A stretch of 34,154 nucleotides of DNA from a virus (Duplodnaviria > Caudoviricetes), in IMG/VR virus record IMGVR_UViG_3300048858_000115, positions 1 to 34,154 of that record. One strand, written 5' to 3'. The first letter of the stretch is position 1; every line of letters begins with the position of its first letter. The notes beneath the pieces are model-generated. The model saw nothing but the letters and a program-made list of their open reading frames with translations. It searched no databases and was not told where the DNA came from. Position numbers and translations under genes: made by a program. Positions 26,668 through 34,154 of this stretch are shown here, one piece after another.

Positions 26668-27942
26668 CTACTGGAACAAACCCCACAACCCCACTCGCTC
26701 AGCTTCGCAGATCCGGAAGGCATTAACGCCCAAAGCTTGGGTCCACTGTCGCCGATCAGCGACAGGTGGGATGTCAGCAATGTCGCTCAGTGCTAAGTCC
26801 ACATCATCCCAAAGCTCGGACCCATTGAGCGGGCTATATGGTGGAGACCATAGTCCGTGATCGACACCAAACTGCTCCCACCAATCAAAGAAGTGCGTCG
26901 TCGGAGCGACACCAACACTGATCAAGTTTGCCTCGGCCATCCCGGCTGCAAGCTTAAGAAGCAGTGCCGCTCTGCAGATCATTGCATACGGATGTGCAGG
27001 AACGGCGCGATTGGCAGCATGCAACAGGAAGGGGTGATCGACAGGATCATCGATGCGGGCAAGAAAATTGAACGGGAGGATTCGCTGCAGCTCCCCATCT
27101 AACCGGTCGTACTGGTGCCGCCGTTCAAAGACCTGAACGCCTCTCAGCGAACGCACCTCGGCTTCAAGCAGGATTCGTAGCAGATGCCGCTCCAAATCGA
27201 CCGCACCGGGACGCAAAGATCGCCAGAACATTTCAACGAATGACGAGTCATCCGCATGACTGGTTTTCAGTGGACCGAGAGCGGTGACTTGGTAGCTAGA
27301 CCAGTTCCGCTCGTCGCGATCGCCGGCGCCTTGCTCAAGATCGAAGCCCCACTCCCCCATGAGATAGCCAGCCGCGGCGGATGCAGCTCCCGGAAAAAAC
27401 TCGCGGAATGGCTCAAGGATCGAGCGCCCCGCAAGCTTGATCGGTCCTACCAGCCGGTCCAGGCTTCCCGGCAATTGCGACCAATCGATGATTGTCGCCC
27501 AACACATATCGTGTGTCGCACGAGAGGAAAGGCGGTGAACGGCCCCGTGCTCGTCCAAGACGGCATTTCGCCTATTGAAGATGCCAACTCCCGAACTGGC
27601 TAAGATCGAGAGCGCTGCCCGCAACTCCCCATAGTAGGCCAAGTGGCGCGCTGCATGAGCATCTCCGCTGATGACCGCGTTCAGCGCCCGCCCAACATAT
27701 GTCCACCCGTCGAGGACGTGCAGTGGGCCCCGAACCGCGATTACTTCTAGGAGGTCTTCCGCCGCCAACGCTGCGAAATCCTCTTCCTTCTTCGGAACAG
27801 ATCCGTCCGGATAAGGATGGTCAGGCCTCAGCCAGGGGGGAACGGGCCTGCCGCGTAGCTTGCCCAAAGCTGATCGTACAATGGTAGGATCAGCTTGCGC
27901 GAGAAGCGCCCTATCAGCGGCGCTCAGAGGTTCAACGGCCAT
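26668..27942 (-). CDS. Hypothetical protein with HEPN-like core
   Basis: 424 aa; AYYGELRAALSILASSG ... ATH ... ERNWSSY follows the YY..(H)AA.A.L / TH / R..ADY pattern of HEPN domains; start abuts the DGQHR stop (TAAATG). Confidence 0.65.
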   Translation of the reverse strand: MAVEPLSAADRALLAQADPTIVRSALGKLRGRPVPPWLRPDHPYPDGSVPKKEEDFAALAAEDLLEVIAVRGPLHVLDGWTYVGRALNAVISGDAHAARHLAYYGELRAALSILASSGVGIFNRRNAVLDEHGAVHRLSSRATHDMCWATIIDWSQLPGSLDRLVGPIKLAGRSILEPFREFFPGAASAAAGYLMGEWGFDLEQGAGDRDERNWSSYQVTALGPLKTSHADDSSFVEMFWRSLRPGAVDLERHLLRILLEAEVRSLRGVQVFERRHQYDRLDGELQRILPFNFLARIDDPVDHPFLLHAANRAVPAHPYAMICRAALLLKLAAGMAEANLISVGVAPTTHFFDWWEQFGVDHGLWSPPYSPLNGSELWDDVDLALSDIADIPPVADRRQWTQALGVNAFRICEAERVGLWGLFQ

Positions 27943-29466
27943 TTAAACGAGGCGTCGCCGGCACTCGGCCGCGATGTCGCCAAGTGGCGCCGGAGCCCGC
28001 ATGAGGTGCTCATATAATTGCTGGCGTAGCGCCACATAGCCGCTGCTCCCACGGAACGCGCGCTTGAGCAAACGCATCTGATCGTCAAGTCCCGGCGCAT
28101 CTGCTGATCGCCAGTCGAAGCTGGCTATGCACGTAGCGAACTGCTTGATTAGCAGATCTAAAGGCGATGCCGCTAACTCGCTCAAAGCAACGGCAACGTC
28201 TGCCGAGCTGGTCGCGACGCCAGCAACCACTACTGTTTCTATTTCGAATAACTCGGGACGGAGTTGGGCTAATGAAAAGAAGATCTCGTTAGCGACAGCA
28301 AGGACGCCACGGACTCCTTGTTCCTGATTGAGCATCGTTCGCGTCCCTACAAACGCCTGCTCCGCTGACCCGTCGAGCGTATCCTGCCCCTCGGGCCGGA
28401 CTAGACCCTGCACCCAATCGTGGTCTCCAGAAATCACACCGCTGCGGATCCATGACCAAAGCCTCATCAGGAACGCGGCTTGTTGAGGCCGGGACCACGT
28501 AAGCGGGCCCCGGGTAGGTGTGATGTCCGCGGCGAAGAGCCCTCTTGCCGCTCGACCTCCACCGGTGGAGAGGAAACTCGTTGTAATCGCTTGCACCCAA
28601 CCCGCCTGGGTCACCCCCGCACCGGCAGGCGCAGTTCGCGAGGACTCACCCAGCATGTTGATGCGGTTATGAAACGGGCTCTGCTCCTCGTTGTAGAGGA
28701 TTTCCGTCAGTTCTTGCGCCCGCGCCTGTCGATAGATCCTGAGATCCGAGAGCGTCTCTAGCCATTCGGCCGAGCGAAGCAGCGGGAATAGATCGAAGGC
28801 GTGACTGGGATTGATCCGTTTGGGTGAGACGTTAATCGACCAGAAGAGGTACGCCTGCCAGCCAATATCAAGACCGGTAAACGCCACGACAGGAAGCTCA
28901 AAGTCACCTGGCAACGCTCCGTCCTTAAGCGCCTCGTCAAAAGCCCAAAGACGATGTTGACCGTCAATAACCTCGAAGGGTTCCAAGCCGGCAGGAGTCC
29001 ATTGCTCCATTCGGTTCGCATACGGCAGGGTTAATTCAGCACGGGACGAGCCGTCTAAATCAATGCCTACGAGATCCTCTCGCGCGACTTTCCGACCCCG
29101 GCGTTCGTCGTCAGATGTAAGGATGTTGACGACAATAGCGGTTGGAAGCCATCCGGGCTTGCGCATAGCCGCCGAAGCGTCGTCTCGAGCCGCTTTGGGA
29201 AGGCTGCTATATGGGTGACCGTACCGGACGAAGTCTCGAATCGCTGCAGAGCGCTTCGGGTCATGAAGGCGCTGCAACCCCTCTCCGCCTTCTTCTCCCC
29301 GAACCCGCCGATAAACGCCGCTCAGGGCCCGCAACTGAACCGCCGACATTGAAAACAGCAGGATGTGATCGTCGGGCTTTCGACGATGCTGCGTCGGATC
29401 GAAGTCAAACTGATCCCACTCCGGAAGCCACTGCTTGAACCGAATTGCTTGAATTTTTCCGCTCAT
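27943..29466 (-). CDS. DGQHR-domain protein (DndB/ParB-Srx-like nucleotide-binding fold)
   Basis: 507 aa; GLQR...R...I, LPTAIVVN, EVIDGQHRL, FWSINVSPKRIN; GGAGGGGAG SD. Confidence 0.9.
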   Translation of the reverse strand: MSGKIQAIRFKQWLPEWDQFDFDPTQHRRKPDDHILLFSMSAVQLRALSGVYRRVRGEEGGEGLQRLHDPKRSAAIRDFVRYGHPYSSLPKAARDDASAAMRKPGWLPTAIVVNILTSDDERRGRKVAREDLVGIDLDGSSRAELTLPYANRMEQWTPAGLEPFEVIDGQHRLWAFDEALKDGALPGDFELPVVAFTGLDIGWQAYLFWSINVSPKRINPSHAFDLFPLLRSAEWLETLSDLRIYRQARAQELTEILYNEEQSPFHNRINMLGESSRTAPAGAGVTQAGWVQAITTSFLSTGGGRAARGLFAADITPTRGPLTWSRPQQAAFLMRLWSWIRSGVISGDHDWVQGLVRPEGQDTLDGSAEQAFVGTRTMLNQEQGVRGVLAVANEIFFSLAQLRPELFEIETVVVAGVATSSADVAVALSELAASPLDLLIKQFATCIASFDWRSADAPGLDDQMRLLKRAFRGSSGYVALRQQLYEHLMRAPAPLGDIAAECRRRLV

Positions 29467-29549
29467 CAGCGTCTCCCCTCCGCCCCTTGTACGCGCGAAT
29501 GCAGTAACTTTTCAGTGAATGACAGCCGGTGGAAGCTCACCAGAGCCGA

Positions 29550-30206
29550 TCACATTCGTCGTCCGACAAAGGCGATGCGGCCGACAATGTTGATTTCGTC
29601 TACGGTGGCTGCATCCGGTGGGACGCTCGGGTTGTCGGAGAGGATCGTTACCGTCTCCCCCCTCACCCGGAGGCGTTTGATCATGCCGATCTCGCCTACT
29701 GTGAAAGCCCAGATTGAGTCTTGTTCGCGGACCGTTCGTTCGGAGCGGTCGATCAGGATTAGGTCGTCGGGGCCGATCGTTGGGGCCATCGACTCGCCGC
29801 GTCCGCGCGCCCAGGTGAGCATTGCCGGCGCGGTGTGGGTGATCGACTGAATCCACTGGCGGGGGAAGTGCTGCACCTGCTCGTCGATCGGCACGTCGGT
29901 GAACGTGCCGCCCATGCCATACGCGAGGTCGATCGAGCGGATTGCGACGAGGTCGAGCTGCTCGGCAATCAGCGCGGGCGTCGGCGGCGGGACTGCTCCC
30001 TCCGCGGGATCGTCCACCTCTCCCATGAGATACGCCGGCGTCGTGTGAAGTTCGCGCGCGATGGCGTGAATGTGTTTCGAACCGGCGGCGCCGCGAGTGA
30101 CGAGCTTTGCTATCGCCGCCTGACTGACCCCTACCCGTCGGGCGAGTTCCGATTGGGATAGGTTCAGATCAGCGAGGAGCTGACGCATGCGATCGGATCT
30201 TAGCAC
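29550..30206 (-). CDS. CI-like repressor (HTH + S24 autopeptidase)
   Basis: LSQSELARRVGVSQAAIAKL HTH; GESMAPTI (catalytic Ser), IKRL (Lys), SDNP. Confidence 0.93.
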   Translation of the reverse strand: MLRSDRMRQLLADLNLSQSELARRVGVSQAAIAKLVTRGAAGSKHIHAIARELHTTPAYLMGEVDDPAEGAVPPPTPALIAEQLDLVAIRSIDLAYGMGGTFTDVPIDEQVQHFPRQWIQSITHTAPAMLTWARGRGESMAPTIGPDDLILIDRSERTVREQDSIWAFTVGEIGMIKRLRVRGETVTILSDNPSVPPDAATVDEINIVGRIAFVGRRM

Positions 30207-30214
30207 GCTGAAGA

Positions 30215-30283
30215 ACTATCACGCTGGCTATAGCTCGCTACGGCCGTTTTGTCCTTGACGGTACTAGGACGCAGGTTATAGCT
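30215..30283. promoter_or_regulatory. cI/cro switch: two operator-like repeats and a rightward sigma70-like promoter
   Basis: ACTATCACGCTGGCTATAGCT (30215-30235) and ACTAGGACGCAGGTTATAGCT (30263-30283) match 17/21; TTGACG at 30255 and TATAGCT at 30277. Confidence 0.7.
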
Positions 30284-30289
30284 GCAGGT

Positions 30290-30607
30290 ATGAGCAAGAC
30301 GCCCAGACCTGCTGACGCGCTTCAAGTCGCCGTGCAACGCGCCAGCTCTCAATCCGCGCTTGCACGCATCTGCGGTGTCTCGCAGCCAGCGGTTTCGAAG
30401 TGGGTGCGTCAGGGGAAGCACCTTCCCGCCGAGCACGTCCTCACCGTCGAACGCGCGACCGGCGTCTCCCGCCACCTGCTTCGCCCCGATCTCTATCCCG
30501 CCGAGCCCCCCGCTTCCCTCTCCGCGCCTGGGGGCTTGGTAGGCGGTGGCGCGCCGACCGTCTCGGGCGATCGACGCGCCATTTCGCCCCGCACGGTGCG
30601 GCCGTGA
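30290..30607 (+). CDS. Cro-like HTH regulator (YdaS/Cro type)
   Basis: SQSALARICGVSQPAVSKW HTH and LLRPDLY; divergent from cI. Confidence 0.88.
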   Translation: MSKTPRPADALQVAVQRASSQSALARICGVSQPAVSKWVRQGKHLPAEHVLTVERATGVSRHLLRPDLYPAEPPASLSAPGGLVGGGAPTVSGDRRAISPRTVRP

Positions 30608-31098
30608 CCAAGCCGCGCACCCCCCTCACCATCCCGCACGCGATCACGAAGATCGTGGGCGTGCTCGGCGTGCCCGCCGCGGCCAAGGTCGCCGGTCGCG
30701 CGGAGCGCCGCATCTATAAGTGGATGGATCCGGACAGCGACCTCGCGCCCAGCTTCCCCCAAGCGATCGCGCTCGACGCGGCCTATCGCGCTACAGGCGG
30801 CGACGGCGCACCGCTCTACGAAGTCTATGCCGAGCTGCTGGGCGAGGAAGTCGCCATGCACGCCGCCTGCCAGCTGCGCCTTGCCGACGATCTCGCCCGC
30901 GCCTCGCGCGAGTTCGGCGAGGCGGCGGAGGCGACCATTGCCGTCATCAAGCCCAACGCTGGCGAGCGCGACGTGCACCGCGCCCTGGCAGAGGCCGAAG
31001 AGGCGCACGGCGCCATGGGCACGCTGATGCGGCGCCTCAGAACTTTCCTGCCGTTCGGCGCGGGGCCGAACGTCACGAAAATGGGGGGAGCCCAATGA
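30604..31098 (+). CDS. Phage regulatory protein, CII-like
   Basis: GTGA overlap with cro; MTKPRTP, HTH-like AAAKVAGRAERRIYKWMDPD, helical C-terminus (REFGEA); position after cro. Confidence 0.6.
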   Translation: MTKPRTPLTIPHAITKIVGVLGVPAAAKVAGRAERRIYKWMDPDSDLAPSFPQAIALDAAYRATGGDGAPLYEVYAELLGEEVAMHAACQLRLADDLARASREFGEAAEATIAVIKPNAGERDVHRALAEAEEAHGAMGTLMRRLRTFLPFGAGPNVTKMGGAQ

Positions 31099-31430
31099 AG
31101 CCGCCGACTGCCAAGAACCGAATTCCCAGCATCCACTGCCCGCATTGCGGCGCGCGCTCGCTGGTCCGTACCAGCGAGCAGCTGACGCCGCTGGTGCGTG
31201 AGCTGCGCTACCGCTGCGACGATGACGATTGCGGGCACACCTTCGTGGCGCAGCTGTCCGTTATCCGCACGATTCGTCCGAGCGCGAAGCCGCGAGCGGG
31301 CATCCACCTGCCGGTCGGCAACCCCGCGCTGGGCTGCACCCGCCCTCGCCACGCCAACGACGACGCGCGGGAGCCGGCGAACGACGCCGACCCTGCCTCA
31401 CCGCCTACCGACGCCGCCATGAGCGGCTGA
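31095..31430 (+). CDS. ogr: Ogr/Delta-family zinc-finger late transcription activator
   Basis: ATG 31095; CPHC ... RTS ... YRCDDDDCGHTF ... IRPS. Confidence 0.92.
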   Translation: MKPPTAKNRIPSIHCPHCGARSLVRTSEQLTPLVRELRYRCDDDDCGHTFVAQLSVIRTIRPSAKPRAGIHLPVGNPALGCTRPRHANDDAREPANDADPASPPTDAAMSG

Positions 31431-31542
31431 CCTAGCGCGGCTCCGGCCGCGCGCCCCGTCCCCGTTTCGCTCCCGCCACCCGGCCACGGCTCCCCCGCCG
31501 CCGGGAACGCCCCCCGCTTGTCTGTGAAGAAGGACCGTTCCG

Positions 31543-31968
31543 ATGATGCACAGCCCGATCCTGCCCGCACCCATCACGCCGCCTGCCGACGAAGCCCCTC
31601 GCCTGCGCCCTGCCTCCTATCTGCGCCTGCGGCGCCAGGCTGCCGGCCTGTCGGTGGAGGATGTGGCGGTCCTGCTCGCCCCGCGTGCCGCCGACCGCGG
31701 CGCAGCCCGCGCCTTTGTCCGCCTGCTCGAAACCGACTTGATGGTTGCGCGGAAGGCGCGGCCAATTGAGCGGCTCGCCACCTGCTATCCGCTCGATCCG
31801 GCGGTCTACTACCAGCTCGCCGGCCCTGCCCCGCACCCGCGCGTCTGCCGTGGCTGCGGCTGCAGCGAATGGAATCTCTGTCAGCATGAAGAGCGCGGCG
31901 CCTGCAGCTTGGCCTCGCCTACGCGCTGCAGCCACTGTGCCACCCCTGCCGCAGGGCCGCGCGCGTGA
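31543..31968 (+). CDS. Hypothetical protein: XRE-like HTH plus Cys-rich C-terminal metal-binding module
   Basis: YLRLRRQAAGLSVEDVA; CRGCGCSEWNLC...C...CSHC; AAGGA SD. Confidence 0.75.
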   Translation: MMHSPILPAPITPPADEAPRLRPASYLRLRRQAAGLSVEDVAVLLAPRAADRGAARAFVRLLETDLMVARKARPIERLATCYPLDPAVYYQLAGPAPHPRVCRGCGCSEWNLCQHEERGACSLASPTRCSHCATPAAGPRA

Positions 31969-32093
31969 GCGCCCTCGCTCAGCCCCGACGCTGGCGCCGG
32001 GCGCGCGTCGTCATGGCCGTGGCCGGCGTGGTGCTGCTCTCCCCTGTCTGGCTGGCGGTGATGTTCGCGCGCGCTTTTGCGGACAGGCGCTGA
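31965..32093 (+). CDS. Small putative membrane protein (42 aa, not in the ORF track)
   Basis: GTGA overlap; basic RRWRRAR followed by hydrophobic VVMAVAGVVLLSPVWLAVMFA. Confidence 0.55.
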   Translation: MSALAQPRRWRRARVVMAVAGVVLLSPVWLAVMFARAFADRR

Positions 32094-32094
32094 C

Positions 32095-32280
32095 GTGCCC
32101 GCCATCCATGCTCTCGCCTGCCGCTGCGACCGCTGCACGCCCGCCGCGCCGGTCCGGCGGATGTCGGATAGCCGCAAGATCGCGCTCGTGCTTGCAAGCC
32201 TCGCTGTCGGCGAAGCCTTCACCTTCGTGCTGGACCGCCTGACTGACGGCCCCGGCCTCCTCGTCCCCTTCGGCCTCTAG
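32095..32280 (+). CDS. Small protein with H..CxCxxC motif and hydrophobic segment
   Basis: GTG 32095; IHALACRCDRC, IALVLASLAVGEAFTFVL; fills the operon gap. Confidence 0.55.
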   Translation: MPAIHALACRCDRCTPAAPVRRMSDSRKIALVLASLAVGEAFTFVLDRLTDGPGLLVPFGL

Positions 32281-32288
32281 GAACCCTC

Positions 32289-32525
32289 ATGAGCGACAAC
32301 ATTTCTGCCGAGCAGCTCCGCCTCCTGATCGAACGCATCGAACGCCTCGAAGAGGAAAAGCAGGGCATCGCCGACGACGTCCGCGACACCTACGCCGAGG
32401 CGAAGAGCACCGGCTTCGACGTGAAGACCATCCGCGCCGTCATCAAGCTGCGCCGCATGGAAAAGCACCACCGCGACGAAGCCGAGATGCTGCTCGACAC
32501 CTACAAGCAAGCGCTCGGGATCTGA
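32289..32525 (+). CDS. gapR: GapR/DUF2312-family nucleoid-associated protein
   Basis: QLRLLIERIERLEEEKQGIADD..D.YAEAKSTGFDVK...IKLR...Y..ALG; AGGA SD. Confidence 0.92.
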   Translation: MSDNISAEQLRLLIERIERLEEEKQGIADDVRDTYAEAKSTGFDVKTIRAVIKLRRMEKHHRDEAEMLLDTYKQALGI

Positions 32526-32527
32526 CG

Positions 32528-32650
32528 ATGTCGCAGCCGCCGGCCGACCCGCACCGCTGCACTTGCGACGCCTGCCAGGCGCTCGATCGGCAGCACCCCG
32601 CGGAAGGCTGGCAGCTGCCCGATCGGGCTCCAACGAAGAAGAGAAGATGA
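32528..32650 (+). CDS. Small protein with HxCxCxxC motif (40 aa, not in the ORF track)
   Basis: MSQPPADPHRCTCDACQALDRQHPAEGWQLPDRAPTKKRR; ATGA overlap with the next ORF. Confidence 0.5.
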   Translation: MSQPPADPHRCTCDACQALDRQHPAEGWQLPDRAPTKKRR

Positions 32651-32985
32651 CCGCAGCCTCCATTGTCCGCCTCGACCAGCGGCTCAGCCGGGCGGCCGAG
32701 ATCGGCAAGGGCATCCGCCTGGAACCGGCCGACCTCGACCTGCTCGCCAGCCTCGGCCTTTTCGACCTCACCCACCAAGCCAAATCCGAATATCTCAAGG
32801 AACAGACGAAATGCCGGGACGCCAGGCGCCGCTCTATCGCCGAGGCAAATATTGGCTCGGCTGGGACGAGCGGAAGGACGGCACCCGCCGCTCTCCGTGC
32901 CTCACCATCTTCTGGTACGATCCAGAGGCGCGACGCGTCCGAAGCGCTTCGACGGGTACAGCCGTTGAAGAAGACGGGATCGTAG
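32647..32985 (+). CDS. Hypothetical protein overlapping the integrase 5' end (excisionase position)
   Basis: ATG 32647; RLSRAAEIGKGIRLEPADLDLL; last 175 nt overlap int in another frame. Confidence 0.55.
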   Translation: MTAASIVRLDQRLSRAAEIGKGIRLEPADLDLLASLGLFDLTHQAKSEYLKEQTKCRDARRRSIAEANIGSAGTSGRTAPAALRASPSSGTIQRRDASEALRRVQPLKKTGS

Positions 32986-34154
32986 CGCTCGACGCCCGCT
33001 ACCTTGCTGATCGCGGCGAGGCGCCGGCATTCTGCTCCACCTGCGGGCAGCCGCGCGCGAACGCCGAAACCTATCTGCTGATCGACGCCATTGCCGACTA
33101 CAAGCTGGAGGCCGGAAGCAAGCGTGCCTCAGCCGACAGCATCGCCGCGCGCCTGAAGCACGTCGTCGACTTCCTCCAGGCGGAGACTGCTCGAGGAGCC
33201 GAGGGGCGGTTCGGGATCGAGACGAGCTGCGCCGCCGCGTGCAGCACCGTGTTCGCGAACGCCTTTCGCGCCTGGTCGCGCGAGCAGCCGGTCGAATGGC
33301 GTAACAAGGCCGGGGATGTCACCGTCTCACGGCCCCGCTCGCCGGCGACAACGGAAGAGTCGATCACCCAGGTCGCAGCGGCGCTCAACCACGCCGTAGA
33401 CGCGGATCCGCCGCGCTCGGCGAAGCGGCCAGCTTATCGCGCGCTCGGCCGCGCCCAGGTCTCGCGTCCGCGACGCACGCGGGTTTCGGTCGAGCAGATC
33501 GCGAAGATGCTGGAATACGCGTCCAAGCCGAACAAGCGGCGCGAATCGCTGCACGCCTTCATCGTCGCCTCGATCTGCACGATTGCGCGTCCCGACTCGA
33601 TCGTGGACATCTGCGTTCGGCCGGATCGCGGCCAATGGTGGCCGGGTGCGCCGACCATCGACCTCAACCCCCACGGTCGCCTGCAGACGAAGAAGTTCCG
33701 TCCGGTCGTCCCCGTGCTCCCGATCCTCGAGCAATGGCTCACCGCGGAACTCGCCGCCTGGCGAAAGCTCGACCGCACTGACCAACGGCACGCCGGCTAT
33801 CTGGTGAACTACTCCGGCCGTCCGGTGCAGGACGTCGACGGCGCCTGGTCGACCATGTTGGAGAAGCTCGGGCTGCCCAGCGGTCGCGAATGGAAGCCGT
33901 ACGTCTTGCGGCACAGCCTCGCGACGCTCGCGCGCAACTACGGCGCCGAGAAGTGGGATCTCGAAGGGTTCATGGGCCACCGCTCGCCCAGCCAGACCGA
34001 GGTCTACGCAATCGGCGACTTCAAGAGCGTGGCAACCGCGCTTCAGCGCGTGATCGACGAGCTCGAGATACTCGCCCCGGGCTCTCTACACCGGAGAAAC
34101 ACCGGGGCCGGTTCATCCAACATTTTCGCGACGGAGGCAAAAATGCCAGGATAA
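32811..34154 (+). CDS. int: Tyrosine recombinase (phage integrase)
   Basis: IARPDSI (R), QTKKFRP (K), YVLRHSLAT, FMGH, TEVY (Tyr nucleophile); AAGGA SD. Confidence 0.9.
   Translation: MPGRQAPLYRRGKYWLGWDERKDGTRRSPCLTIFWYDPEARRVRSASTGTAVEEDGIVALDARYLADRGEAPAFCSTCGQPRANAETYLLIDAIADYKLEAGSKRASADSIAARLKHVVDFLQAETARGAEGRFGIETSCAAACSTVFANAFRAWSREQPVEWRNKAGDVTVSRPRSPATTEESITQVAAALNHAVDADPPRSAKRPAYRALGRAQVSRPRRTRVSVEQIAKMLEYASKPNKRRESLHAFIVASICTIARPDSIVDICVRPDRGQWWPGAPTIDLNPHGRLQTKKFRPVVPVLPILEQWLTAELAAWRKLDRTDQRHAGYLVNYSGRPVQDVDGAWSTMLEKLGLPSGREWKPYVLRHSLATLARNYGAEKWDLEGFMGHRSPSQTEVYAIGDFKSVATALQRVIDELEILAPGSLHRRNTGAGSSNIFATEAKMPG

Larger units (their letters stand above)
1..34154. mobile_element. 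P2-like prophage (contractile-tailed temperate phage); att and cos sites not visible in the window
   Basis: Near-complete P2-type gene set: divergent Q-P / O-N-M-L-X, lysis, R-S, baseplate/tail, FI-FII-E-T-U-D, Ogr, repressor switch, tyrosine integrase. Confidence 0.96.

Noticed and set aside
27943-29466. Calling the DGQHR gene dndB of a phosphorothioation system
   Set aside because: No dndA/C/D/E, ssp or dpd genes in the window; only the domain is shared
1-34154. CRISPR array, tRNA, DGR/retron, attL/attR and cos
   Set aside because: No regularly spaced repeats, cloverleaf or reverse transcriptase motifs seen; the window is cut at the terminal stop codons, so att/cos cannot be assessed

Overview
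The whole window is a P2-like (Peduoviridae-type) myovirus prophage of a high-GC alphaproteobacterium, probably a sphingomonad (inferred from the GapR/DUF2312 homologue and composition). It runs from the portal stop codon (base 1) to the integrase stop codon (base 34154). It carries head/packaging genes (Q P O N M L), a lysis cassette (holin, SAR-type endolysin, overlapped spanins), a contractile tail with a rearranged order (J-I-H-spike placed before V-W), a cI/cro switch, Ogr, several small early genes and a tyrosine integrase. No replication initiator is visible. Two accessory loci stand out as candidate undescribed anti-phage systems. The first is a lower-GC three-gene operon downstream of cI: a DGQHR (DndB/ParB-like) protein, a HEPN-like protein and a Dam-family N6-adenine methyltransferase. 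The second is a coupled pair between S and J: a QGD...CDL-motif protein plus a UvrD-like SF1 helicase, flanked by structured palindromic DNA. Other signals are three palindromic Ogr-type late-promoter boxes feeding apparently leaderless mRNAs, a WYL-like insertion in gpS, ssrA-tag-like ANDN motifs in three phage proteins, and a -1 frameshift in gene E. All family assignments come from motif reading by eye; no database search was run.
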